Assembly (NCBI GenBank): GCA_015711795.1
Contig: JACVJC010000006.1
Span: 198-64,197 of the forward strand
Source: Candidatus Geothermocultor quzhuomuensis
Lineage (GTDB): Bacteria; Actinomycetota; Aquicultoria; Geothermocultorales; Geothermocultoraceae
Direction: 5' to 3'
DNA: 64,000 nucleotides
Of the stretch, positions 41,120 to 50,067 are shown in pieces. The first letter of the stretch is position 1, and the number at the start of each line of letters is the position of its first letter. The notes under the pieces were generated by a model, which worked only from the letters and a program-made list of their open reading frames with translations, did not search any database and had not been told where the DNA came from. The translations under genes were made by a program, and so were the position numbers.

Positions 41120-41362
41120 GTGGTAACCGAAAATGAGATAAGAGAAGCGTTGCGAGAGGTGATCGATCCTGAAGTAGGAATTAATCTGGTTGATATGAAT
41201 TTAATAAAGGACATCAAGGTTGATGGCGAGAGGGTAAAAGTCAAGATGACTTTAACTATCCCGACATGCCCGTTGTCAAGTTACCTAACAAATCAAGTTA
41301 AGGAAAAAGTTGAGAGCCTCCCAGGAGTGAAGAGCGCCGAAGTCGAGCTAGTGGATTTGTGA
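41120..41362 (+). CDS. DUF59 / SufT (MIP18) Fe-S cluster assembly protein
   Basis: L.EVIDPEVGINLVDM.LI, MTLTIPTCPL; GTG 41120 follows GGAGG. Confidence 0.88.
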   Translation: MVTENEIREALREVIDPEVGINLVDMNLIKDIKVDGERVKVKMTLTIPTCPLSSYLTNQVKEKVESLPGVKSAEVELVDL

Positions 41363-41372
41363 GGAGGTTAGA

Positions 41373-41603
41373 ATGTGTTTGGGCATCCCAGCGAAAGTAA
41401 TAGAAATTAATGGGTATATGGCAGAGGTGGAAATCGGCGGCACGCGCCGGGAGGCCAGTCTCCAACTGGTACCAGATGCCAAGGTTGGAGATTTTGTGCT
41501 TATCCATACTGGCTATGCAATTCAGAAGATCGATGAAAAAGAAGCTGAAGAAACCCTTGAGCTCCTAAAACAACTGGGCGAAAGCAATGGCAGCGGGGAG
41601 TAA
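41373..41603 (+). CDS. hypC: HypC/HupF hydrogenase maturation chaperone
   Basis: MCLGIPAKV, VGDFVLIHTGYAIQKIDE.EA.ETL. Confidence 0.93.
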   Translation: MCLGIPAKVIEINGYMAEVEIGGTRREASLQLVPDAKVGDFVLIHTGYAIQKIDEKEAEETLELLKQLGESNGSGE

Positions 41604-42600
41604 GGGGATAATACCAAAGCTTGCCACAATTCTAGGCAGGTATTTAATTCTCTGGGTTTTCTTCTCCATGGCCTTAGGCACCTTGGTTGGTTATTCTTTA
41701 CCCAGGGTTTCCCAAAGGCTTGAGCCAATTGTTCCTGCTTTATTATTTATGATGATCTTTCCGGGAATGACCAAGTTAGAGTTAGAACATCTTTTTGAAG
41801 TGGTAAAGGATTATAAAAAGATAGCAGTTTCCTTTGTCACAACGTTTATTATCACCCCCCTCATAGTCGGTCTTTTTGCCTATATTTTCTTGCGGAACTA
41901 TCCGGCTTTTGCCGTTGGTTTTATTCTTCTCGGAATTGCGCCTTGCATCGGGATGGTTTTGGCCTGGATCAATCTGGCGGGCGGAGATAATGCGCTGGCA
42001 GCTGTTCTTGTTTCTGTCAATTCTACCCTCCAGTTCTTTACCATCCCTTTCTGGGTCTATGTGTTAGCTCATGTCTATGTCAAAGTTCCTGTTTTGTTAG
42101 TTGTGCGCAGCGTGGCTTTATTCGTTCTTTTACCAATGATGGCTGGTCTTCTTACCCGTCGCTATTTTCTGGTGAAGCTTGAGACTGAAAGGCACGAGCG
42201 AGTGACTACACTGCTTTCGATCATTGAAAAGCTGGCTATTCTGTTTGCAGTTGTGGTGATTCTTGCTCTGCAGGGCAGAACACTAATTGCTAAACCATGG
42301 ATATTTCTTCTAATGGCATTACCTCTGCTTATTTATTATTATTTTGTGTATTTTGTTGGTTTGGGAGTGAGCAGGCTTTTTAGATTCGACTATCCTACCT
42401 CTGTGGCTATCGCATTCAACGCCAACAGCACAAACTTCGAAATTGCCATCGCTATAGCTTTCGTCAGCTTTTCAAGCGCCACCGCTTTAGCCACCGTGGT
42501 CGGTCCAATTCTCGAACTACCGATCCTGGTTAGTTTGATCCATCTAAGTCAGCGACTGCGACCAGCCTGGGAGAGGAGGCTGAAGGATAGCATGCTATAG
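41587..42600 (+). CDS. acr3: Second Acr3-family arsenite permease
   Basis: MMIFPGM, GIAPCIGMV, NFEIAIAIA, VGPILELP. Confidence 0.82.
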   Translation: MAAGSKGIIPKLATILGRYLILWVFFSMALGTLVGYSLPRVSQRLEPIVPALLFMMIFPGMTKLELEHLFEVVKDYKKIAVSFVTTFIITPLIVGLFAYIFLRNYPAFAVGFILLGIAPCIGMVLAWINLAGGDNALAAVLVSVNSTLQFFTIPFWVYVLAHVYVKVPVLLVVRSVALFVLLPMMAGLLTRRYFLVKLETERHERVTTLLSIIEKLAILFAVVVILALQGRTLIAKPWIFLLMALPLLIYYYFVYFVGLGVSRLFRFDYPTSVAIAFNANSTNFEIAIAIAFVSFSSATALATVVGPILELPILVSLIHLSQRLRPAWERRLKDSML

Positions 42601-42639
42601 TTACATTGAGAATAATTTCTCAATGTTAAGGAGTTTCGG

Positions 42640-43371
42640 GTGCTTGAGGTTAAAGATTTAACTGTTGAGGTTGACAGAAAGACTATCCTACACAACGTGA
42701 ATCTGGCTATCGACGCTGGAGAAACTCATGCTCTGCTTGGCCCGAACGGCAGCGGAAAGACGACTCTTCTTATGGCCATTATGGGAATGCCCCGTTATCG
42801 TATTAAAAAGGGTCAGGTCCTTTTTCAAGGCAAAGACATCACCAAACTTTCCATTGATGAACGAGCCCGTTTAGGGATAGGACTGGCTTTTCAGAGACCG
42901 CCAGCAGTCAGAGGGGTTAAGACTCGTCAGATTGTTGAGCTATGTCTGGGAGAAAAAAACGCAAAAAAGGTGGAAGAGCTGGCACGAAAGCTCAATCTTG
43001 CTGCGATGCTTGAGCGAGACGTCAATCAAGGTTTCTCAGGTGGAGAAATAAAACGTTCGGAGATGCTTCAGCTCCTTGCCCAGAACCCGTCCTTTGCCAT
43101 GTTTGATGAGCCGGAATCCGGTGTCGATCTGGACAATATTGCCGTGGTTGGCGAAGCGATTAACGAGATTTTGCAGAAAGAGCGGATACGTGAGAAAAAG
43201 AAGGCTGGGCTAATAGTAACCCACACCGGACACATTCTTGATTACGTGAACGCTGACAGAGGGCATGTTCTGATGGAAGGAACAATTGTCTGCGAGGGAA
43301 ATCCGCGGGATCTTTTCGCTGATATTCGAGCTCACGGCTATGAGGAGTGTGTCAAATGTCGAAGGTGCTAA
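42640..43371 (+). CDS. sufC: Fe-S assembly ABC ATPase SufC (minimal SmsC-like)
   Basis: GPNGSGKT, RDVNQGFSGGEIKRSE, FDEPESGVD, VTHTGHILDY. Confidence 0.9.
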   Translation: MLEVKDLTVEVDRKTILHNVNLAIDAGETHALLGPNGSGKTTLLMAIMGMPRYRIKKGQVLFQGKDITKLSIDERARLGIGLAFQRPPAVRGVKTRQIVELCLGEKNAKKVEELARKLNLAAMLERDVNQGFSGGEIKRSEMLQLLAQNPSFAMFDEPESGVDLDNIAVVGEAINEILQKERIREKKKAGLIVTHTGHILDYVNADRGHVLMEGTIVCEGNPRDLFADIRAHGYEECVKCRRC

Positions 43372-44618
43372 ATAAAACCCTGGCTAAAAATAAAATAGAA
43401 TGGCGCAGGAAAGCGGAGGCTGTGAAGAGCAAGCCTGCCACCTTCGGTCCGGATATAGACCTCTCCAAATTTGCTACCCCTACTGAGAAGGAGAAGGTTG
43501 AATCACTTGAATCCCTTTCCAAGCAGGCTAAAGAGGCGGCTCTTTACGTCGGGATCGATGCTGATGAATCCTTTAGAGCTGGCAGCTACTTTCAAATAGA
43601 CCACTCAGTTATTTACGAGCGTGTTCAGCAGGCCTATCAGGGGCAATTGGAGATTATGTCAACTTCTGAGGCCCTTGAGAGATATGATTGGGTGGCGGAC
43701 TTGTGGTGGCAGGCAGTTCACGTTGATCAGGACAAGTACACTGCTCTGGCTGAACTCAAGCATACTCACGGCTACTTTATTCGGGTGTTTAAAGGCCAAA
43801 AGATTGAGCGGCCCATTCAGGCCTGTCTTTTTCTGGCAGAGAACAATATCAGCCAGAATGTCCACAATTTAATTGTCATTGAAGACGATGCCGAGGCGCA
43901 AATTATTACTGGCTGCACCCTTCACCCGCGGGTTGAAGAAGGACTGCACGTGGGAATCAGTGAGTTCTTCCTGGGTAAAAATGCTTCTCTGATGTTCACT
44001 ATGATCCACAACTGGGCCGAGAATTTCGATGTTCGTCCGCGAACCGGCGCCGTCTTAGAAGACAACGCCACCTTTGTCTCAAACTACATTCTGCTCCGCC
44101 CGGTCAAATCCATCCAGATGTTTCCGGCTGCTTTTCTTAAGGGTAAAGATTCGCGGGCTCGCTTTAATACCATTCTCTATGGAATGAAGGACTCTTATAT
44201 TGATGTTGGTTCAAAAGCTGTCTTAAGCAACAAGGAGACAAAAGCAGAAGCAATCGCTCGGGCAGTGGCATGCGACCAGTCGCAGATCTACGCCAGAGGT
44301 CAGCTCATCGGCCAGGTCAACGAGAGCCGGGCCCATCTCGATTGCCGCGGCATTCTCTTTTCAAGCGAAGCCCAAATTCGCGCCATCCCTGAGCTTTTTG
44401 CCGAAAAAGCCCCGTTGAGTGAACTCTCCCATGAGGCAGCTATCAGCCCTATTGCCGAAGAGGAAGTCGAGTATCTTATGGCCAGGGGGCTATCCAAGGA
44501 AGAAGCAGTCTCCACAATTACCCGTGGTTTCTTAGATATCGATATACCCGGCCTTCCTCCGATCCTTAAAGGCTATATCCAGCGAGTCCTGGATGCTGCC
44601 ACCAAGGAAGCTCTTTAA
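43356..44618 (+). CDS. sufB: SufB/SufD-family Fe-S scaffold (SmsB-like)
   Basis: HVGISEF, HLDCRG, AIPEL, ELSHEAAI..I..EE..YLMARG..EEA...I.RGF. Confidence 0.85.
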   Translation: MSKVLNKTLAKNKIEWRRKAEAVKSKPATFGPDIDLSKFATPTEKEKVESLESLSKQAKEAALYVGIDADESFRAGSYFQIDHSVIYERVQQAYQGQLEIMSTSEALERYDWVADLWWQAVHVDQDKYTALAELKHTHGYFIRVFKGQKIERPIQACLFLAENNISQNVHNLIVIEDDAEAQIITGCTLHPRVEEGLHVGISEFFLGKNASLMFTMIHNWAENFDVRPRTGAVLEDNATFVSNYILLRPVKSIQMFPAAFLKGKDSRARFNTILYGMKDSYIDVGSKAVLSNKETKAEAIARAVACDQSQIYARGQLIGQVNESRAHLDCRGILFSSEAQIRAIPELFAEKAPLSELSHEAAISPIAEEEVEYLMARGLSKEEAVSTITRGFLDIDIPGLPPILKGYIQRVLDAATKEAL

Positions 44619-44642
44619 TCAACAGCGAACTTGCTCAAGGTC

Positions 44643-44837
44643 TTAATGAGGTCTTAGCTCTTTTAGTTTAATCATTACTTCTTTTCTATTTTTGGGTGGC
44701 TCATTTGACAAATCAATAACGATAATTTCACCTGCGTCTACTACTGATTTGACTATGAGTTGAGTTTGCCTTTCAGTAGCTCGTTTCTTTTCAAGACTTG
44801 AGAGGTGTTCTTTGAGAAATTTTGGAAAGAGCTCTTC
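44643..44837 (-). pseudogene. Start-less 64-codon open frame at the island boundary, possible gene remnant
   Basis: EELFPKFLKEHLSSLEKKRATERQTQLIVKSVVDAGEIIVIDLSNEPPKNRKEVMIKLKELRPH* reads as protein-like, with no start codon. Confidence 0.3.
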
Positions 44838-45012
44838 TTATTTTAGCTATTACTTTCCTTTAAGCACATTGAAGTGATTATAGGATAAACCCCTTTTTAG
44901 CTGAGTAAGAAATTAATTATTAATAAGCTTTTATGTTGGCTAGTAAATTAAGAAGATTAGCAAAAAATTAGGTTAAATGGAGAAAAATTCGGCTTTATTT
45001 AGCTTCATTTTG

Positions 45013-45063
45013 ACCGTTTTTTCTTAATTTTGAACCGATTATTCTCATTTTCTTACCGCTTAA
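45013..45063 (+). promoter_or_regulatory. Three 9-bp direct repeats at exact 21-bp period (ACCGTTTTT, ACCGATTAT, ACCGCTTAA), LytTR-like
   Basis: ACCG at 45013, 45034 and 45055; candidate promoter TTGAAC-17-GATAAT at 45101-45129 downstream. Confidence 0.4.
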
Positions 45064-45173
45064 GCCCGTTTTTGAAATCCATTTTTAAAATTTTAGTTTA
45101 TTGAACAGTGATTTTATTTATTTGATAATATCGTCAGTGAGTTTAAAGAGGAGAAATAGCTTAAGGAGAAAAA

Positions 45174-47720
45174 ATGGTTATTCTTCACTTAAGAAAGGCT
45201 AAGTATTATTTGAAAAAGCTGCTGGCTTTAACGCTGGTTATTTTTCTCAACTTGAGTTTTGTCAGAGTGGCAGCAAAACCAATGACCTTAACCACAATTA
45301 CCATTGATGGCAATTTTTCTGACTGGGCGGCTGTTAAGAGTGATCCTGACAATCTTTTGGCTGATACCGTTGGTGATAACGACCCGGATTCGAACTCGCA
45401 ACAAAATCCTAATTGGACATCTGACCGCGATTTAACTCATTTTGCTTTTACTTGGGACAATACTTACCTTTATTTTTATTTCAGAGTTTCCGTTTTTCAG
45501 GCAAGACAAACTAGCTTTTTGGTTTACATCGATAAGGATTATAGTAATACTTTGACCAACTCCGATTATCTTATTGATTATCAGTTCAATGGGAGTTCAT
45601 TCCAGAATGTTGGCTCAGGTCTTTATTATTACAGCGCTATTAATCCATCGGGAGACCAAGTCACAGGAGATGGTGAATGTGAGCCTGGAGCAAGAGGCGC
45701 TGAAATTTTAAAGCCTTTATCTTCTGGCGATGGAGCTGGTGGTGGCGAGGGAAATCTGGAGAAAGAGACAAGGATTGCTTGGTCAGCTCTAGGCCTTCCT
45801 CCAGGGACACCCTTGCGGTTTCATATCTCAACTGCTCTAAATTCGTCTCAACTTCCAAATCAAGTTGTTGACAACGCTGGTCCCAAATCAACTTTATATG
45901 CTGGTGTTTCCGTTGAGCCTAATCGCTCTGCTTCGGCGCCAAAAGGAACAGTAGTTACATATACTCATACTGTTCAAAACACTGGCAACTCGACTGATAC
46001 TATTAACCTTTCGGCTACTTCTAGCAAGGGCTGGCAAGTTGGGATTTACGATGCTTCTGGCGATACCACTATTTCCTCTGTTACTTTAGCCCCTAATGAG
46101 AGCACGGTTATAACGGTTAAAGTAACTATTCCATCTAATGCGCAAAATGGAGAATCTGATGTTACAACTGTTCGAGGTACCTCAACCGTTGATTCAAGTA
46201 AAAGTGATACGGCAACAGATACAACGACTGTGGGCTCCATTACTATAACGCCTGATAATAGTGGCTCGATGACAACTGGAACAGCTATTTCCTATTACCA
46301 CACAGTGGCTAACAATACTAGTGCTACCGAGACAGTTCAGCTTTCCGCTACTTCATCTCAGGGCTGGGATGTTGTTTTTAAAGACGCCTCAGGAAGTACC
46401 ACAATTACCTCTGTTGTTATCGGACCAAACTCTTCAGTTGGTATTATTGCTCAAATTTTTGTTCCCTCAGGGGCTTCAATAGGCGACCAGGATGTCACTA
46501 CTGTCCGTGCAAAGTCAGAAAACGACCCATCTAATCAAGATGAAGCTAAAGACATAACAACAGTTAAGAAAAGAGTTTTAATTGACCCTGATAATGAAGG
46601 AGCAACTGGAGCAGGGACAACTATTTCATATCAACATACCATAACTAACAGCTGGAATACAACTGACACCATTAATTTGACTTATACAAACAGTCATAAC
46701 TGGACTGTTAAGATTTATGATTCAGGGGGAATTAACGAGATTTCTTCAGTCACTCTCGGACCAAATGGTGAATCGACTGACATAATTGTTCGAGTTAGCG
46801 TCCCTATTGAAGTCCCGATAGGGACTGTTAACTCTACGACTATTGCAGCAATCTCCGCATCTAATCCTAACTATTTTGATATAGCTGTTGACCTGACCCG
46901 AGTCCAGCAGCTCATTACTTACAAGGATGCGGCTCGTACCCAAGTGTGTACTTTCTTTCGGTTAAAGAATGGGTCGAAAGTCTATGCGCGAGCTACAAAC
47001 CTTATAAGAAACCAAGTTTACAAATTCCGATGGATTGACGCAAGTGGTAACGATGTAAGGTTGAGTGGGGAAATGCAACCAAATGCCGATGGCATCCTTG
47101 ATGACGATTACACAATGAGTGGAACCGAGACGGTTGGAAACTGGACATTGGTTTTATACAGAAAATCGGGAAACAACTTTATTGAGGTTACTAGAACAAA
47201 CTTTATTGTTACTTATGATGCTCAAATTATCAGTCTAATGGCGACTGATGCCCCCAACCTTAACCAGGATATTTTTGTCGACAGCACGGTCACAAATAAC
47301 TGTGAGCAAACCATTACTAATTCAATTATTAATTATGTCATTTGGTGGGATAGCAATGGTAATGAGGAATTTGATGCAGGTGATACTTATATAGGCTCTG
47401 ATGGAAATCCTTATACTTGGGATGGAACAAGCACCGTTTCTACCCATGAAACAACGGGAGTCAATGTACCAACAGGTGGAACTTGGAGCGACCCGGGTTG
47501 GACTATTTCAAATTCGAACTTTCCCTATCAGGGAACTTATAAGATTACTGCTACCTGGAAAACTCAGTCAGGGCTTCTTATTGATGAGAAAACAACAAGC
47601 TTCTTTTCTATACCGACCCTTGGCTATCCTTTACTTTTTGCTCTAATTGGCATGGGCTCTTATCTCCTTTATCGAAAAAGAGAAGAGGTAGACTTCTTAT
47701 TTAAAAGGGTGGTGTCATGA
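45174..47720 (+). CDS. Secreted S/T-rich surface protein: TIDGNFSDW N-domain, three Ig-like repeats, IPTL-CTERM-type anchor
   Basis: Signal peptide; about 110-aa repeats at 45903, 46233 and 46566; C-terminus SIPTLGYPLLFALIGMGSYLLYRKRE. Confidence 0.8.
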   Translation: MVILHLRKAKYYLKKLLALTLVIFLNLSFVRVAAKPMTLTTITIDGNFSDWAAVKSDPDNLLADTVGDNDPDSNSQQNPNWTSDRDLTHFAFTWDNTYLYFYFRVSVFQARQTSFLVYIDKDYSNTLTNSDYLIDYQFNGSSFQNVGSGLYYYSAINPSGDQVTGDGECEPGARGAEILKPLSSGDGAGGGEGNLEKETRIAWSALGLPPGTPLRFHISTALNSSQLPNQVVDNAGPKSTLYAGVSVEPNRSASAPKGTVVTYTHTVQNTGNSTDTINLSATSSKGWQVGIYDASGDTTISSVTLAPNESTVITVKVTIPSNAQNGESDVTTVRGTSTVDSSKSDTATDTTTVGSITITPDNSGSMTTGTAISYYHTVANNTSATETVQLSATSSQGWDVVFKDASGSTTITSVVIGPNSSVGIIAQIFVPSGASIGDQDVTTVRAKSENDPSNQDEAKDITTVKKRVLIDPDNEGATGAGTTISYQHTITNSWNTTDTINLTYTNSHNWTVKIYDSGGINEISSVTLGPNGESTDIIVRVSVPIEVPIGTVNSTTIAAISASNPNYFDIAVDLTRVQQLITYKDAARTQVCTFFRLKNGSKVYARATNLIRNQVYKFRWIDASGNDVRLSGEMQPNADGILDDDYTMSGTETVGNWTLVLYRKSGNNFIEVTRTNFIVTYDAQIISLMATDAPNLNQDIFVDSTVTNNCEQTITNSIINYVIWWDSNGNEEFDAGDTYIGSDGNPYTWDGTSTVSTHETTGVNVPTGGTWSDPGWTISNSNFPYQGTYKITATWKTQSGLLIDEKTTSFFSIPTLGYPLLFALIGMGSYLLYRKREEVDFLFKRVVS
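45903..46904 (+). repeat. Three tandem 110-111 aa Ig-like domain repeats
   Basis: Shared pattern P.....G....Y.HT..N.....TI.L....S.GW.V...D..G...I.SV.L.PN.S..I.V...P......D.TTV. Confidence 0.85.
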
Positions 47721-48304
47721 ACTGGCAACTTCTGTTATCGTTTGCTATTTTTTATACTGTTATTACCTTTACACTGTGGAAGAAGCGGCTTTGGCTTCTT
47801 TATTACACCGAAGCTGTTTTTGGGATGACTTTATTCCTCGTCTTCTTCTGCCGAGATTTAGGGCTGGAAAAAGCTTTAGAAAGATCAGAGATCTTCTATG
47901 CCCATTATTTTACTTCAATTTTAAAAATCCCCACTCAAGTCGTGAGTTTTAACTCAATTATCCATGCTGAGCGCTACGGATGGTCTATTCTTTCAATTGG
48001 TCTGGAGTGTTCTGCTCTTTTAGAAATGGCTGTTTTTTTTGGTTTGGTTATTTTCTACCCCGGCTTCAACTGGCACCAAAAGGGGATTTACTTACCAATA
48101 GGTATTTTAGGAACCTATATTATTAACTTAATAAGAGTTATGGTTATTGTTGGTATGGTCTTTTTTCTGGGTAAAAGCTATGTCTTTATTGCCCACGCAA
48201 TAATTGGAAGATTCCTTTTTTTTACCTTGATTGTTTACCTTTACTGGTTGCTCATAACTAAACCTTCGCTTAAAAAAATCAGAGCGGAGGTGGAGGCAAG
48301 ATGA
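47717..48304 (+). CDS. Exosortase/archaeosortase-family transpeptidase (XrtG-like)
   Basis: Multi-TM; Cys-Arg-His triad LECSALLE / NLIRV / AHAIIGR. Confidence 0.85.
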   Translation: MNWQLLLSFAIFYTVITFTLWKKRLWLLYYTEAVFGMTLFLVFFCRDLGLEKALERSEIFYAHYFTSILKIPTQVVSFNSIIHAERYGWSILSIGLECSALLEMAVFFGLVIFYPGFNWHQKGIYLPIGILGTYIINLIRVMVIVGMVFFLGKSYVFIAHAIIGRFLFFTLIVYLYWLLITKPSLKKIRAEVEAR

Positions 48305-49995
48305 TGGAAGGACTTTGGGCTTTCTTAATCTTTTGGAGTGTTTGGATTCTCATCCCGATTCTGGTTGATGGGGTAGATTCTCTTTATAGAATTATTTTAG
48401 TCTTAGCTAAAGGACGAAAGAGGGAAGAATTTAAAGTTTCTGAAGAAGACTTGCCCAATGTTTCAGTGATAATTCCGGCACGCAATGAGGCAAAGGTGAT
48501 TGACCGCTGCCTTAATTCTTTGAAGATTCAAGATTATCCTCATGATAAGCTCGAAGTGATTGTAGTTGATGATGGGAGCACTGATGGAACTTCGAGTATT
48601 GTTAATGGGCATATTAACGGGAATGATAGGAACAACAAAAATGGCTACATCAATGGCAATGGCGTTAGGATTAATGGCAAGTTTATTCCGATTGGCGATT
48701 TTGGTGGTGTTATAAAGTTACTTGTTAAGAAAGGGGAAGGAAAAGCAGCAGCTTTAAATGCTGGAATAAGTTTAGCTCACGGAGAAATTATAATTAATAT
48801 CGATAGCGATGTTGTGCTTGTGCCTAATGCGATTAGAAAGATGGCAGAAGCTTTTTTGAAAGATAAAACTTTAGGGGCGGCAACTGGCAACATTGAAATT
48901 AATTGGGAAATCATTGAAGAGCGTGACCGGCATGGAAATTTGGTACTTGATAGAAACGGCGAGATTAAACTTAAGAAACTTACTTCAATGGAGATGTTTT
49001 TAGCTAAATGCCAGTTCTTGGAGTATCTAAATGCTTTTAGATTAGGCAGGCAAGCTCAAGACATTACTAAAAGTATGTTCACTTTAGCAGGAGCTTTTTC
49101 TGCTTTTCGCCGGTATGTTCTCCTTAAGTCTTCACTTTACCAAGCAAAGACTGTTTCAGAGGATGCTGATTTAACCTTAGATATTCACCGCCAAAAAGTA
49201 CGAATTGGTTATGTTGCTGAAGCAAAGGCTTACCTTGAACCAGTAACTGACTGGGATAAACTTTATGCTCAAAGGATTAGGTGGGACCGAGGCAAGATGG
49301 AAGTTTGTGGCCTTCATGGGGATATAGTTGGTAACTTGAAATTTGGCAACCTTGGCTGGCTGGGCCTTCCTAAAATGCTTCTTATCGATCACACCATGGC
49401 TTTTCCTAGGCTTATTTGGACATTTCTTTTACCCCTCTTTTTCCTCTTTGGTTATTCTCCTATAGTAATCTTTTATTCTTTGGTGGCTATGTATCTTTTC
49501 TACATGACTATTGATTTTTTAACCACGGCTTTCGCTTATTATTTAGTTGATAATGATACTAAAAAAGTTATTGGATCTTCGTTTTTTTATTGCTTCTGGT
49601 TACCTCTTTACCGGTTTATCCTTTTTTATTTCCGAGTATCTGGCTATCTTGTTGTCTTTAAAGATCCTCCAACCTGGAGCGTTTCTGGACCCATTAACGG
49701 TTTTCGAAATGGTCTTAATAATTATAAGAGGAGAATGGGCGAGACAACTGCTTTCTTCCTAGCAACTTTAATGGTTGTTTTTTCCCTTTTGGCTGAGGGG
49801 GTAAGGAAAAGTCCCTTTGTTGTTTGGGACAAACTTAAAGGGTCATTTGTAATGTTTATGGCAATTATGGTTTTCTTAATGGATTCAAAATTGGCTGAAA
49901 GCTATAGGAGAAAAGTTCATGTTAACTTGACGGTGCTAAAAAGAAGATTAGCCCAAGCAACTGTCTTTTTCATCAGCTTTTGGGGAGGGGTGTAA
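48301..49995 (+). CDS. Membrane GT2 glycosyltransferase of the exosortase-G-associated type
   Basis: FWSVWILIP, IIPARNE, VVDDGSTD, GKAAALN, IDSD, FTLAGAFSAFRR, SEDADLT, QRIRW; Asn-Gly-rich insert and long C-terminal extension. Confidence 0.82.
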   Translation: MMEGLWAFLIFWSVWILIPILVDGVDSLYRIILVLAKGRKREEFKVSEEDLPNVSVIIPARNEAKVIDRCLNSLKIQDYPHDKLEVIVVDDGSTDGTSSIVNGHINGNDRNNKNGYINGNGVRINGKFIPIGDFGGVIKLLVKKGEGKAAALNAGISLAHGEIIINIDSDVVLVPNAIRKMAEAFLKDKTLGAATGNIEINWEIIEERDRHGNLVLDRNGEIKLKKLTSMEMFLAKCQFLEYLNAFRLGRQAQDITKSMFTLAGAFSAFRRYVLLKSSLYQAKTVSEDADLTLDIHRQKVRIGYVAEAKAYLEPVTDWDKLYAQRIRWDRGKMEVCGLHGDIVGNLKFGNLGWLGLPKMLLIDHTMAFPRLIWTFLLPLFFLFGYSPIVIFYSLVAMYLFYMTIDFLTTAFAYYLVDNDTKKVIGSSFFYCFWLPLYRFILFYFRVSGYLVVFKDPPTWSVSGPINGFRNGLNNYKRRMGETTAFFLATLMVVFSLLAEGVRKSPFVVWDKLKGSFVMFMAIMVFLMDSKLAESYRRKVHVNLTVLKRRLAQATVFFISFWGGV

Positions 49996-50067
49996 TCCGA
50001 AGAGAACTCATTAGAGATGTAGCTTTAAGCAGATTAGGAAGAAAGTTTGAGAAAGTAAGGAGTCAAT

